Assembly (NCBI GenBank): GCA_965649765.1
Contig: OZ287748.1
Span: forward strand, 92,752,001 to 92,816,000
Origin: Bispira polyomma
Taxonomy: Eukaryota
Length of the DNA stretch: 64,000 nucleotides
Direction of reading: 5' to 3'
The translations under genes were made by a program, and so were the position numbers. Within the stretch, counting starts at the first letter, position 1. Each line of letters starts with the position of its first letter. Below, piece by piece: positions 1-11,620 of the stretch. Under the pieces are notes generated by a model. That model had not been told where the DNA came from and searched no databases. It saw only the letters and a program-made list of their open reading frames with translations.

Positions 1-545
1 GCATTTGGCGTTTAAGACTAATAGGAATAATGCATTATAAATGTTTTTAGTATATATTAAGGTGGCACCAAGAATACTGACCAAGTCTATACAAGCAATA
101 ACAGGAAGCTTAAATTTGTCAACTAAATGCCTTAACCGTGGAAGGAATTATCATTAAAAATTAATAAAACCAATTATACGTATGATCTTTAAGCAGTGTC
201 TGTCAAGAAATATGAGGAATCGATTAAGTTGATAAATTTTGGATTTTGGTAATGTGCAATTACAGTTGGGACCGAAAAGCTCAGTGGCATTTAGGAAAAA
301 TGTATGCATTTGTGCATTTGTTTGTAGCTTTTGTGAAATTATATTTTCAAAGAAACAGAAAACCCCACAAACACACGTATCTAATTTTGCAATTTTGGTG
401 AATCAACTTTGTGTAGTCTTTTACTCATCTTTGTTTTTGTATTTTAGCAAAAAAAATGTTCTTTTCCAAAAGGGAAATTTAAACTATGACATAAATTTTA
501 GTATTAGGTAAGACAGAAACATAGAGTATACAGCTAAGGTCTTGT

Positions 546-713
546 ATGGTATATTGATATGGTTTATTGATCTAATATATTGATATGGGATATTAATATG
601 GTATATTGATATGGTATATTAATATGGTATATTGATATGCTATATTGATATGGTATACTGATATGGTTTATTGATATAGTTTATTGATATAGTTTATTGA
701 TATGGTATATTGA
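546..713. repeat. 13-bp minisatellite (TATTGATATGGTA)n, ~13 copies
   Basis: visible tandem periodicity. Confidence 0.9.
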
Positions 714-1103
714 AATTGCGTGCTGGTCTGATGTAAATGTTTTACAACAATATTCAGCCCTGGTGGAGTTACTAAAAATAGAGTGACTGGAGAAATGTGC
801 CTGATTGATCAGGATTAAATATCGTTTATCGAGAAGATTGAATCTTAATAATGCTCATAGGAATAAAGACTATAAAAATAGTCCTGTATGTATTTGATAT
901 TTGTATTGTTTTCTGGTTTCATCATCAATATATGAGATCAACTAGCCTACTGAATCTGTAACCCGAATTTTCAATAAATTATACATATTGCTGGAAATTA
1001 GACATCCAATTTTGCTCAAGTAGTATATGCTCTCCAAAACTTTGAAATGATGATTTGTTGGATTATAGTTTTATTTTTTTTTTTTTTATGTGTCTAATTT
1101 TGA

Positions 1104-1387
1104 GAGCTTCAGGTTCGAATGTGCCATTATTGAGCCTCAGGTTTGAATGTACCATTATTGAGCCTCAGGTTCGAATCTACCATTATTGAGCCTCAGGTTC
1201 GAATGTGCCATTATTGAGCCTCAGGTTCGAATCTACCATTATTGAGCCTCAGGTTTGAATGTGCCATTATTGACCCTCAGGTTCGAATGTACCTTTATTG
1301 AGCCTCAGGTTCGAATGTGCCATTATTGAGCCTCAGGTTCAAATGTACCATTATTGAGCCTCATGTTTGAATCTGCCGTTATTGAGC
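1104..1387. repeat. 28-bp minisatellite (GAGCCTCAGGTTCGAATGTGCCATTATT)n, ~10 copies
   Basis: unit starts at 1104, 1132, 1160, etc. Confidence 0.92.
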
Positions 1388-1446
1388 TGCACTTGTTTAC
1401 TCACAGGAGTGAATTAAACTTTTTTAGCAAGCCAGAAGGCAAAGCA

Positions 1447-1857
1447 CAGTAAAACCTCTATTGTCTGAGCATACAGTCAAACCCCTTTAAGTAGAATTCT
1501 GATCAGTGGAATTACCTGTTAAGTAGAAGTTAAAGGTCCCATTGATCTATTTCGAATTAAAATTTATCCTGTTAAGTAGAATTCCGGTTAAGTAGATGAA
1601 ATTGTTATGGTCCGTTAAGATTCGACTTAACAGGTTTCCACTGTATATTATCTGAGCATGTGATCTTAATATCTTATCTATTCTTTTCCACTCTTCACAA
1701 GTATATACTATTGGATCCATATTGGTTTATACTAAAAGTTTTTTTTATAGATTCAGAATGGTTTATACTAAAATACTAAATTTTTATAAGCACTTTCTGT
1801 TATACGAACAAAGTCATGTTTTTCCCTCAAATGTTTGGATAATAGAGATTTTTACTT
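1447..1857. mobile_element. older degenerate MITE enclosing the 1474-1643 MITE
   Basis: left end CAGTAAAACCTCTATTGTCTGA is an imperfect inverted repeat of right end TTGGATAATAGAGATTTTTACTT. Confidence 0.5.
1474..1643. mobile_element. Tc1/mariner-type MITE, copy 1
   Basis: TA|CAGTCAAACCCCTTTAAGTAGAA...TTCGACTTAACAGGTTTCCACTG|TA: imperfect TIRs, TA target duplication, second copy nearby. Confidence 0.8.
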
Positions 1858-1979
1858 TAAGAATATGACTGTAGAGTGACAAAGCTGAACTTTTGTAGAA
1901 CTTATTGACTGATGATTACATACTCTCTTTGGTACAACTATGTTGTCACGACTACTGCATTGACATATTGTATTTCTAG

Positions 1980-2154
1980 GACCTTTCGTACAAAGACAAG
2001 CATTGGCACGAGAAGTGTTTCAAATGTTGTGACTGCCAGAACTCCCTAGTCGACCAACCCTTCGCCTCAAAGAACGAGAAACTCTACTGTGCCGATTGCC
2101 ATGACAACAACTTTGCAGCCAAATGTGACGGATGTGGGAATATATTTAGGGCAG
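1980..2154 (+). CDS. FHL2: FHL2/Limpet-like LIM protein, internal coding exon (5' exons lie upstream of the window)
   Basis: tttctag|GAC...GCAG|gtgagt; translates DLSYKDKHWHEKCFKCCDCQNSLVDQPFASKNEKLYCADCHDNNFAAKCDGCGNIFRA, a LIM zinc-finger pattern resembling FHL2. Confidence 0.92.
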
Positions 2155-2193
2155 GTGAGTACTGGCTGATTGAAAACCAGCAATATTCATTTA

Positions 2194-2367
2194 TAGTCAA
2201 ACCCCTTTAAGTAGAACTCTTGATAAGTGGAATTACCTGTTAAGTAGAACTTATTTTAAGGCCCCATTTCTATATTTCTAATTAAAATTTACCCTATTAA
2301 GTAGAAGTTCTGTTAAATAGAACCAATTTTTATGGTCTCTTCAGATTCGACTTACAGGGTTTCACTA
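2194..2367. mobile_element. Tc1/mariner-type MITE, copy 2 of the same family
   Basis: TA|TAGTCAAACCCCTTTAAGTAGAA...TTCGACTTACAGGGTTTCACTA|TA; aligns end to end with 1474-1643. Confidence 0.8.
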
Positions 2368-2527
2368 TATTTTTAAAAAGGTATTTCAGTATAATACACA
2401 AGGAAAACAAAAATTTGGGAGAGCAAACATGTTTATAAAATTGATTAATAAGTGCTATAGTCTTATTTGAATATTCAACTTGATGAAGTCTTGGTTGCTT
2501 TTCTAAAATTATTTTGTCATATAATAG

Positions 2528-2935
2528 TTATTACCTCTGCCTTGTGTGTTGGTCACCAGGATGACACACAAAACTATGATTTACATGATATTTGGTTAAT
2601 GTATGGTGCCTGGGCATAGGAAGAATCCATTAAATGTTTAGATTGGATCCAAGAAGAAAATCGTCAACGATTTTCTAATTTTGATGACCATCTTAAATTT
2701 CTGCGTCTTTTCAAAAACGTTTCTTATCTCCAAAGCGGTGTGAGATAGAGTGATTGCCGGCCTCATTTTCGACTCACAGGGTGTATTTTATTTTGTACGG
2801 CAATTTTTCATAAATTTTCCGATATTGCCGGCCATCTGGAATATCGTCGACAACCAAGGGATCAAAAGGCTTAAGCAAGAAAGTCTTCACCTTTGACGCC
2901 ATCCTTCCAATGGGTGTCACGATACCTGTGTAATT
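2528..2935 (+). mobile_element. possible Helentron-associated (HINE/DINE-like) non-autonomous element
   Basis: starts TTATTACCTCTGCC and contains CAGGATGACACACAAAACTA and GGAAGAATCCATTAAAT..GGATCC, motifs I recall from such repeats; not verified, boundaries approximate. Confidence 0.35.
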
Positions 2936-3089
2936 ACAAATTTGTTTGCTAAATGTCTGTGTCTTTTTGAAAACGTCTTGTTAACTCCAAAACTGTACCA
3001 AGTAGAGCAATTTTGATTTGTTTTCCGTTTCCTGGCAGTGGTTACGTGTGGTGTGTTAACATGTGCCTCTTCCTCCCTTGTGTGTTCAG

Positions 3090-3259
3090 GTATGAAGAAG
3101 TACGAGTACCGTGGCAAGCAGTGGCATGAGAACTGTTTCTGCTGCAAGGTGTGCCAGCAGCCCATCTGTACCAAGAGTTTCATCCCTCGTGAGCAGGAGG
3201 TCGTCTGTGTGCCCTGCTATGAGGAGAACTTTGCCCAGAGGTGTATGAAGTGTAACGGG
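3090..3259 (+). CDS. FHL2: FHL2-like LIM protein, internal coding exon
   Basis: ttcag|GT ATG AAG...AAC GGG|gtgagt; GMKKYEYRGKQWHENCFCCKVCQQPICTKSFIPREQEVVCVPCYEENFAQRCMKCNG; phase matches the previous exon. Confidence 0.93.
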
Positions 3260-3894
3260 GTGAGTAGGGACACAACTCGGGCACCATAATATTTTTTAAA
3301 AATCGGTCCTGCTATCTCATTGTGTATGCCTACACATACAATTGTAGCCATTCGGATACCGAAGTAGGTTGAATGTGGCATTTGAAATCATTAGAGGTGC
3401 ATGAAGTGTAATGGGGTGAGATGGCACACAACTCGGGCCATAGTAATTATCAAAGATCTGATATTTTTACTTGTAATATTTAAGGCTGCAAGCGAGCCAG
3501 AAAATGGGCCCCGGTTACTCGCTAAGTGAGACTCGATTTGGTACCGAGTACGCGCTAAATTTATTTTAACCCAAACCAAAACGAGGCTGTTTTTATTTAC
3601 TTCCTGCCAACTGTAAAAAATATAGATGTAAATACTAAAGAAAGGGGTGGTTGATGTCTAATTATATATAATTTTATGTACGGTTCAATGTGTGCCAGAA
3701 GTTAACTTAGCGAGTAATCGGCTTCTCGTTTCTGACCCAGGCCACAAGTCGAACCGCTTTGTCGGGATTTAACCGACTACTCGTTTTGCCCTTAGTAAGA
3801 TTCTCAAAATTGGTCCTATTGTGTCATTATGTATGCCAACACATACTATTGTAGCCGTTCAGATACCTCGGTGGTTAAATGTAGCATTTGAAAT
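3237..3894. repeat. 156-bp tandem duplication of exon 3' end + donor + intron start; second copy split by an insertion
   Basis: 3237-3390 matches 3393-3442 joined to 3806-3894. Confidence 0.75.
3481..3794. mobile_element. MITE-like insertion (possibly PIF/Harbinger type)
   Basis: ends TAAGGCTGCAAGCGAG / CTCGTTTTGCCCTTA; inverted pair CCGGTTACTCGCTAAGT (3511) / ACTTAGCGAGTAATCGG (3705); interrupts the 156-bp duplicate. Confidence 0.6.
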
Positions 3895-3963
3895 AATTGC
3901 ATTTGGTCAAAAATTATGTCATCTGAACTACATTGTATCTCCTTTTACCTGATTTTGCTCCTA

Positions 3964-4061
3964 GCTGGGATCAAAACCTAGCTCCTCTGCATTCTTAGCC
4001 AGTATGTGAACCCAATAGATGAGTATCTCAGACTGGGATTGAACCTAGGTCGTCTGCATTT
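3964..4061 (-). mobile_element. two short tRNA-derived SINE-like fragments
   Basis: minus strand reads ATGCAGACGACCTAGGTTCAATCCCAG, with a second degenerate copy (T-arm/B-box-like). Confidence 0.4.
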
Positions 4062-4074
4062 CTACGCGGTACCT

Positions 4075-4437
4075 CTTGGCACCATGACTGTTTATTGATG
4101 ACTGTGTCATATCTTATCTACAGGTGATTAACAAGGGAGGTATAACCTACAAAGGCACCACTTGGCACCATGACTGTTTATTGATGCCCATGTTATGTCT
4201 TATCTCCAGGTGATTAACAAGGGAGGTATCACCTACAAGGGCACCCCTTGGCACCATGACTGTTTATTGATGACTATGTTATGTCTTATCTCCAGGTGAT
4301 TAACAAGGGAGGTATCACCTACAAGGGCACCCCTTGGCACCATGACTGTTTATTGATGACTATGTTATGTCTTATCTCCAGGTGATTAACAAGGGAGGTA
4401 TCACCTACAAGGGCACCCCTTGGCACCGTGACTGTTT
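4075..4437 (+). repeat. 86-bp tandem repeat x ~4 made of the intron 3' end and the first ~55 nt of the exon
   Basis: CAG|GTGATTAACAAGGGAGG with exon-like starts at 4124, 4210, 4296 and 4382. Confidence 0.95.
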
Positions 4438-4568
4438 CACCTGTAACCACTGTCAGAAGATCCTAGCTGGAGAGAAGTTCACTTCCCGTGAAGACCAGCC
4501 CTACTGTGCCGACTGCTTTGGAGAGCTGTTTGCTAAGAAGTGCATCAAGTGTATCAAACCCATCACAG
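4382..4568 (+). CDS. FHL2: FHL2-like LIM protein, internal coding exon
   Basis: ctccag|GTG ATT...ACA G|gtaggt; VINKGGITYKGTPWHRDCFTCNHCQKILAGEKFTSREDQPYCADCFGELFAKKCIKCIKPIT. Confidence 0.92.
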
Positions 4569-6064
4569 GTAGGTCAGAGAATGGGTGACGTATTAGTAGT
4601 ATAAGGGACGATGTACCCAGTTGCTAAGAAATACCAGTCACAATTTGTATGAAAACCAAAGCAAGCCTAGCGATTGAGGGTCTCAAAAACGCAATTGAAT
4701 TCAATATTGTTTAATGAATTTGTTTAGCCTCTCACCAATGTTGATTTGATTCCTATTTATTCCTCCATGTGGGAAAATTTGTGAGGTACATTGTGATATG
4801 ACTTTAGATGTTGAAAGCTAAAACCCAAGTAAATCTAAATTCATATATTTTACATTATTTCTTCCAAAGATTTAGTAATAGTCAGCCACCGTTGCTAAAG
4901 CAGTTGTTGGTCCCTACTAAATGTATGATGAGAGTTGCTTAGTACCTTATGGTTACTGAAGCAGCATCAATTTTTGCATCACCCTATCATAACTGTTACT
5001 GTGAATGACGAATATGAGTCTTTGAAAATCATAGTAAAAAATCCTTATAAAGTCAGTATACCTACCCATGTTCACAACATTTTTTTCAGCCTATCAAATT
5101 GATTGAGACAAAAACTTCAAAAGAAGCATTTTTGTGTATACCAACTCAGGACTATAACAAGAATTTGTTCATACAATGATGGTACTTGAAATGTCAAATG
5201 AAAATTTGCACTGTTAAATAATAACATTACACAAATTTGCACAATGAAAATATCATTTTTTGGGAAAGTGGTACTACAGGTATACACACGTATTCTGATG
5301 TAATAGTTTTGCTCTCTTTCTCCAACCTGTTTGGAGAGCTACATTGGGTAAATAGAAGGTAAAAAGAAGAGATATTTTGGGCACAAAAGAATAGGGAAAA
5401 CATAAATGTGGGAGAGTTACAAATTAAAATATGAGTTCATAAAATTGATTAAAAAAAACCCCCAGATAATAGAATTTCGCACAAGTGTATGTTTCCATGT
5501 CCGTGACTTGCCGGGAGACATGATATGCCAAATATAGTAATGTATTCTTCTGAAGGCTATCACTTGCTTATTTTTTGTCAGATTTTTAAAATTCTTTCAC
5601 AATTTTAATCTTGACAATTAAGACAAACAAATTGATACTGAGCTTTTAAATATTAAAGCAAAGTGTGTGTGTTTTTGTGTGCTTGTGGATCAGGCAAAAT
5701 TCGCTCCCAAGATCAAATTTGTTAACGTAAACCGCAACTACTCGCCGATTACATGAAAATACTTGCTCTGTCAGAAAGGGACCTTAACAGTCATCAAGTA
5801 TGGCAAAGTTTCTACAGGACTTGCCTGTATTTAATGATATTCCGGTTCTCCAAAAATCACAAAAAAGTACCTCAAGGGCACTAAGTCTCATACTCAAACA
5901 TAACCTCTTATGAGACCATACAGTAAACAAAGGTTGAAATACAATTGGCATTAATTTAAAGTTTAAATTGTACAAGGCAGTGTGATCCATTATTAGCCTG
6001 ACTACCACACAGGAAGTGACCATATGTTAATGTTGTAAACATGAACTTATCTCTTCTGTTCCAG

Positions 6065-6213
6065 GTCTGGGTGGCACTAAGTTTATCTCTTTTGAGGAGA
6101 AGCACTGGCACAGCGACTGCTTCAACTGCTACAAGTGCAACACCTCCCTGGTAGGGCGTGGTTTCCTCACCGATGAGGACAGCATCCTCTGCCCTGAATG
6201 TGGCAGGGCGTAA
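6065..6213 (+). CDS. FHL2: FHL2-like LIM protein, terminal coding exon
   Basis: ttccag|GT CTG GGT...GCG TAA; GLGGTKFISFEEKHWHSDCFNCYKCNTSLVGRGFLTDEDSILCPECGRA*, typical FHL C-terminus. Confidence 0.93.
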
Positions 6214-7884
6214 ACAGCCAGAATACTTAAACTACAAAGAGCCAGAATCTACACTGCTACTACCACAACAACTACTCCCTATATACATGCAACTCCCTCC
6301 TCCTAAACCCCATAGGCTCCCTGAGGAAACGATGAGTACTTTGATGATCAAAATGTAGAGAACACTACACAAACACACAACTACACCATGTCTCCTAGAA
6401 CAAAAAGGGGTTCTTCTTCATATTTATTGATTTTTTCTGTGTCTCAGAAGTTATTGATTTTTTTTTTTCTTGTTTGAAGAAAGGTGTTTGATTGATCATT
6501 TGAGTTCTAGGGTATTTCTTTGGCTCTGGTATGAATAAGTCAAGTTAAGGGAGAAGTAGGATGAGCCATGGGGACCTTGATATCTATAGATACCATCATC
6601 TTAAATTAGTGGTTTTAATTAGGGCTTTTTGTGTTGTGGTATTGAAAATAGCAAAAAATGTTACTACATAAGCAAAATTTTTGTTGTCTTTTTAAATTCT
6701 AGTTTGTCTTTGTTTTACCTTTGTAGAATATGAGGTCTTTAGAGTAAAACTTATTAGTGGCAAAGTTATAGGAAATGTAAGAGTTTTTTCTCATGAAAAG
6801 AAATGAAGCTTTTAACAGACGGTTAGGCGCTAGAGTATTGTATAGAAAGATTGTGTACGGGTTTGAGTCATTGTAATCATAATAATAAACATAACAATTC
6901 GGGACCAGCAGATAGTTCAATTAAACGGTCTCTACCAAGCAATATAGTAAGTGGATATTTCTCAAAGCTAAGTCAGAATAGTAGATTGTTATTTTAAGTT
7001 GCTTCTAGATAGTTAGTAGATACTTTTATTTTGTTTATCAGTGTGTTTGTTTATATATAGCATTAAAGTCAGTATTCAAATTGCTTGAGTTTATTAAATT
7101 TTAGTGGCGTATTTAAAACTAGTGCCACATAGGAACTTTGGTTTGCTTCTAAAGGTTATTTTTGAAATGTGATTTTTTGTTGAATCTATACAACTAATGC
7201 GGAGGTTAATCTGGATCTAGTACAAACCTTTAAAGATAATAAGGTACAGGCAAGTATATACAAATATATTGTATAATTAAATATACTATCGCTGTGAATG
7301 ACGTGTGATAAAATTACAGTGTATTGTACATGTATGTGTCTATAGTCTTCTGCATGTGGTTTAATGACTTTTGTTCATGAAAGAAACATTTTCTGAAAGT
7401 TTCTCTTAAGCACTTGCAAAAGTAGACTTTCTTTAGTGTTAACACACGAGAAGCAGACAGACATTTTGATATCAATATATGTAAATTTTTTCATGTAAAG
7501 CTTGAGTTTTTCATATCAGTCCGTCTCTATCATTGGATATTATTTGGTGACATTGTTTATGTTCAATCTTAGTAAGTTAATTTGATCATTTGACTAGAGA
7601 ATGATTTTACAATAATATAAATGTACGTGAAAGTTTATAGTAACACAAGTTGAATTGTTAAAACACTTAGACAATGTCACACATTGTGGTTGAACTTTTG
7701 TGATGTTGCAAAATAGTTTTTATATTTTGCAATAATAGTTACCAAATTAGCAGCAGGAGGAGTGAAATAGATGTAATGTTCTAAATGTTCAAGGGATCTT
7801 TGTTCATAAAGTATTAGTGTTTGTAGAGTAATAACTAAATTGTTTATTATTGTTGATTATAAAAAAGTATGTATTTTGTTAACA

Positions 7885-8053
7885 GTGCAATATCTAAATG
7901 GTTACAGCTAGTGAAGCAATATCTAAATGGTTACAGGTAGTGACGCAATATAACTGGTTACAGTTAGTGATGCAATATAACTGGTTACAGTTAGTGACGT
8001 AATATAACTGGTTACAGCTTGTGACTCAATATAACTGTTTACAGTTTGTGACG
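7885..8053. repeat. 27-30-bp minisatellite (GTGACGCAATATAACTGGTTACAGTTA)n, ~6 copies
   Basis: visible tandem periodicity. Confidence 0.85.
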
Positions 8054-10174
8054 AGGTGTGAATCAATAGATGTTAGATTCTTTGTTTTTTAAACACCATG
8101 TTTTGTTTGTGTGTGTGAAATCAAAGTTTTTTAGGTTGTTAACATTTGTTTTGCTATATACGTAATAACTTGTTTGTTTTTGGTTTTTTTTTTTTTACCT
8201 ATCGCAGGTAAATAGACAGTATATAATGGGAGACTGTTGTGTTGTCGGGCGATCTCTGTACAGTCAATACATTGTGTAAATAAATAAAAACCATCCTATA
8301 TTGTTATCTAATTTTGAACGTACAGCTTAAATTAGAGAAAATACCAGGCTATTAACTAATGATGTATTACTGAAAAAATGTATTAAGAAATAAAGTGAGT
8401 ATGTATTTAAATTCCTCTTCTCACAGGTTTGAGTGGGGAGAAGTACAATCAAGATTACTTATTGCACTCAAAGTGAAACTTGCATGAGGCAAAGTGAAAC
8501 TACTATTAAGAGCAAAAAGAAAGTGAAAGCAGTAAATGTGGATTTGAAATAAATAGCAAAAGTAATTTAATGTGGAGTAATATGACACTGAACATACATG
8601 TAATTGATATAACCTGTCTAAAGGAAAATAGTAAAAGCAAGAGATGTACTTTGAAGTAAGAAAGTATTGGTGAACTTATACATGAGATATGATTAATCAT
8701 ATTTGAATTTAGAGTCTTTTACAATGTTGCTTTTAAGTGGATTCATTATACATGCCATGGTAGTCAGATTATGGGAATCTGATGTGCAAGTATATATGAT
8801 TGAAAAAAAAAGATTGCAGTTCAATGAATATATATGTATACATATAATTTTTTTATAGTCCATGTTACAGATTTTAATGTTGAGACTATGGTGCTACACT
8901 GTTAACTGTCTAATGATGAGCATGGTTTTAATTGGATTGATACTGCAAAAAGAAGCTACTGTATAAATTAGGTGTTGCTTTAGTACATAGGTCAGAGAAC
9001 TTTCACATTTTGTTTGATTTTTAATAGAGTCCGTTAAATGGCAGATTTTTTGTGTAAAAGTTAGAAGTAAGTGTCAAGAAAACTAGACGGCTTGTATATA
9101 TAATGTAAAGTTTTTACAGATTGTACATGTTTTGGCTTTGATTAGAATTTTGTTTTATCAGTGTTGTTAGCCTGTTAATGATAAACACGTAGAAAGGAAT
9201 CACACAAGTGTTGTGAATTATATAAAGGGTGTGCAATAAGTAACCTAGTGTTGATATGTTACAGTTGTTTTTCGAAATTCATATGAACATCATGGCAAGG
9301 AACAATTCATTCTTTGCAGTTTAGACAATAAAGAGATGGTGCATAATATTGAAATAAACATATTGAAACAGGGTGAATTATTGCCATCACATCTTGGACA
9401 CACTATTTCTTAAGGACAACTCCAACCCACTAAGGTTTAAACGAGGTGGGAAATAAAGGAACATAAGATATTAAAGCCTTTATACAATGTAAGTATGCCT
9501 ATGCTTAAAGTCATGCTCAACTGAAGTATCAACATTAAATGCCCAGATGACATGTTTCAATTCAGCATTAAAAAATGTGTGGAAAGTAATGGCCACAAGT
9601 AAAGGTAATCTCCATATAAATGAGAATTTGCACAAAAGTTTCATTTGAGTTGGGCAAGACTTTTTAAGCAGGAGTTCATTTCAGATATATGCATCCATCC
9701 AGGAACTGTAGTTTTGAGATTGATCATCTTAAAAGGGAAAACCAAATTTTATGTCATAAAAAAATAATATTTTTTATTAGCAACCAATCCTAATATAGAG
9801 ATACTCCAGTCTCCTACTAGGATCCAGTTATTCCCCGACTAAAGAACTAGTGTAAATGAATTTACAGGTGCAGACAAAATGTGTGATGTACTGCTGTTTT
9901 ACTGTAAAGGCTGCAGTCTACTATTGTACCAGCAGGAACAACCAGCACTTCATTTCAGGATATACTATTGTTTTCTTTTCTATATGTGGTCAAATACGAT
10001 TCTGTCCAACCGTCCACACTATTACATTTGATTTTAATTGTGTTTTTTATTTTTATGATGTCTTATCAACCGTGTAGAGATATGTATACATGTGACATGA
10101 ACAAATTGCAGAAGGTCCTAGACTTATATTGAGTTGTTTTGATGTAGAGCAGAGGTCTGTGTGTTATATGTGTA

Positions 10175-10387
10175 CACGGGCGGTCACAATAGTGTCCAGG
10201 TCACATTAGTATTCGACGCACATTTCAAAGTATAAAACGTAGATTTCTCAAAAATAAAATATAGTATTCTGTAATTTGATTCATAGGCATAAAGTAGCAT
10301 GTGTTTTCAATATTAACTTCCATCAGTAAGTCCTTTAAAAATGCATCGGACACTATTATGATCCGGACACTATTGTGACCGCCCATG
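10175..10387. mobile_element. Tc1/mariner-type MITE
   Basis: TA|CACGGGCGGTCACAATAGTGTCC...GGACACTATTGTGACCGCCCATG|TA: 23-bp TIR with one mismatch, TA target duplication. Confidence 0.88.
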
Positions 10388-11046
10388 TAGTATACATATG
10401 TCACTTTTAAACAGTGCTCTGTTTTGCAGTATTTATCAACTTTTGTGAAGCAAAATTGCATTTTGAAGATGTGTTATAGCATTTCTTTCACTGCTACATA
10501 AGAGTTGTTTTCTGAAACAAAATTTTTTATGCAAAGATTTACAGCTCAGTTGGATTAAAGGAAGTCTAAATCTCAAGAAAAAAGATCACCCTCAAAATTA
10601 CTAATCCATTTTTTTCCATGCAGTAGTGTCTTATAAGCAGTTTATTTCTTTACATAAATGGATTTGCAAATGGACTTGCAATATCATGTGGTATCGTTAA
10701 AACATTTTACAACACTAATCTGCAAATTAATGGACAGAAACTACAAAGTTCCGTTAATTAGTAAAATAGAGAGTATGAGGACAAAATTAATATTTATTTC
10801 ATTAATAGGTGGCGGAATGACAAAGGTTGGATAATTGAAAACAATTGATTGCTAAAGAGCTACTGTTGCAGAATATGGGTTTGATGGTGAAGAAGCAGAG
10901 TGTAAAAGCAATTTGTATGGAAGAATATATATCAAGTGTATTGACATCTCTTTTGTGAACAAAAAGTTTGGTTAGTTATTTTATTTCAGTGAAATTATAA
11001 TAACAAACAGAATTTTGTAAAACAGTAGATATCCTGCATGTTTGTA

Positions 11047-11071
11047 AATAAAACAAGTGTTACCAAATAAA
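11047..11071 (+). promoter_or_regulatory. candidate distal polyadenylation signals of the LIM gene
   Basis: two AATAAA hexamers followed by a T/GT-rich tract; other AATAAA at ~8283 and ~8389 are equally possible. Confidence 0.25.
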
Positions 11072-11434
11072 AAAAAGTTTGTTCAATATTTTTGGTTCTT
11101 ATTTCTTGTTATGCCTGACTTCTCCTTTTCATACAAAGTCAATAATCTCCATTGCAATCTGTTATTTGCTGCATCACAATACATCTCCAGAACAAATGGA
11201 TGAAAGAGGTTCCAAGTTTACACTGTTATTGTGTTCTGGTCTTAGATGTACAATATCAGTGCCTGACCTTGTTTTGGGTTTTGTATTATTACATTGACCT
11301 TCAATCTCTGGGTTCTATTCTGGAAGCCAATATAGTTGTCGAATGTCTAAAGTCGTGCGTAAAACTCAAACATCACGCCTATAGATCTGCTTTTTTATGG
11401 AGATGACCTACACGCATCACCATTGTCATCTGCT

Positions 11435-11620
11435 ACTGTGACCTAGTTGGTAACATACTTTGGAACACAGAGGGCCTGGGTTCAATCCCAGCATTGAACT
11501 TCCGGATTCTGTCGTAACCGAACTAGGGGGTAGCAGAGAGCATGGGCTTGTGAGAGTCCTAAATGAAACAATATGATTACGTTTCTAATTCCTTTATTTC
11601 ACTCCCAACACACACACATA
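11435..11620 (+). mobile_element. tRNA-derived SINE-like element
   Basis: A-box-like TGACCTAGTTGG and B-box GGTTCAATCCC at tRNA-like spacing, no complete cloverleaf, (CA)n-like tail near 11610. Confidence 0.55.

Noticed and set aside
1104-1387. CRISPR array (28-bp repeats)
   Set aside because: The repeats are contiguous with no unique spacers, there are no cas genes, and the context is a eukaryotic intron
4124-4381. Mutually exclusive alternative exons encoding LIM variants
   Set aside because: The upstream copies contain only ~55 nt of exon, lack the exon's 3' part and donor, and run into a stop
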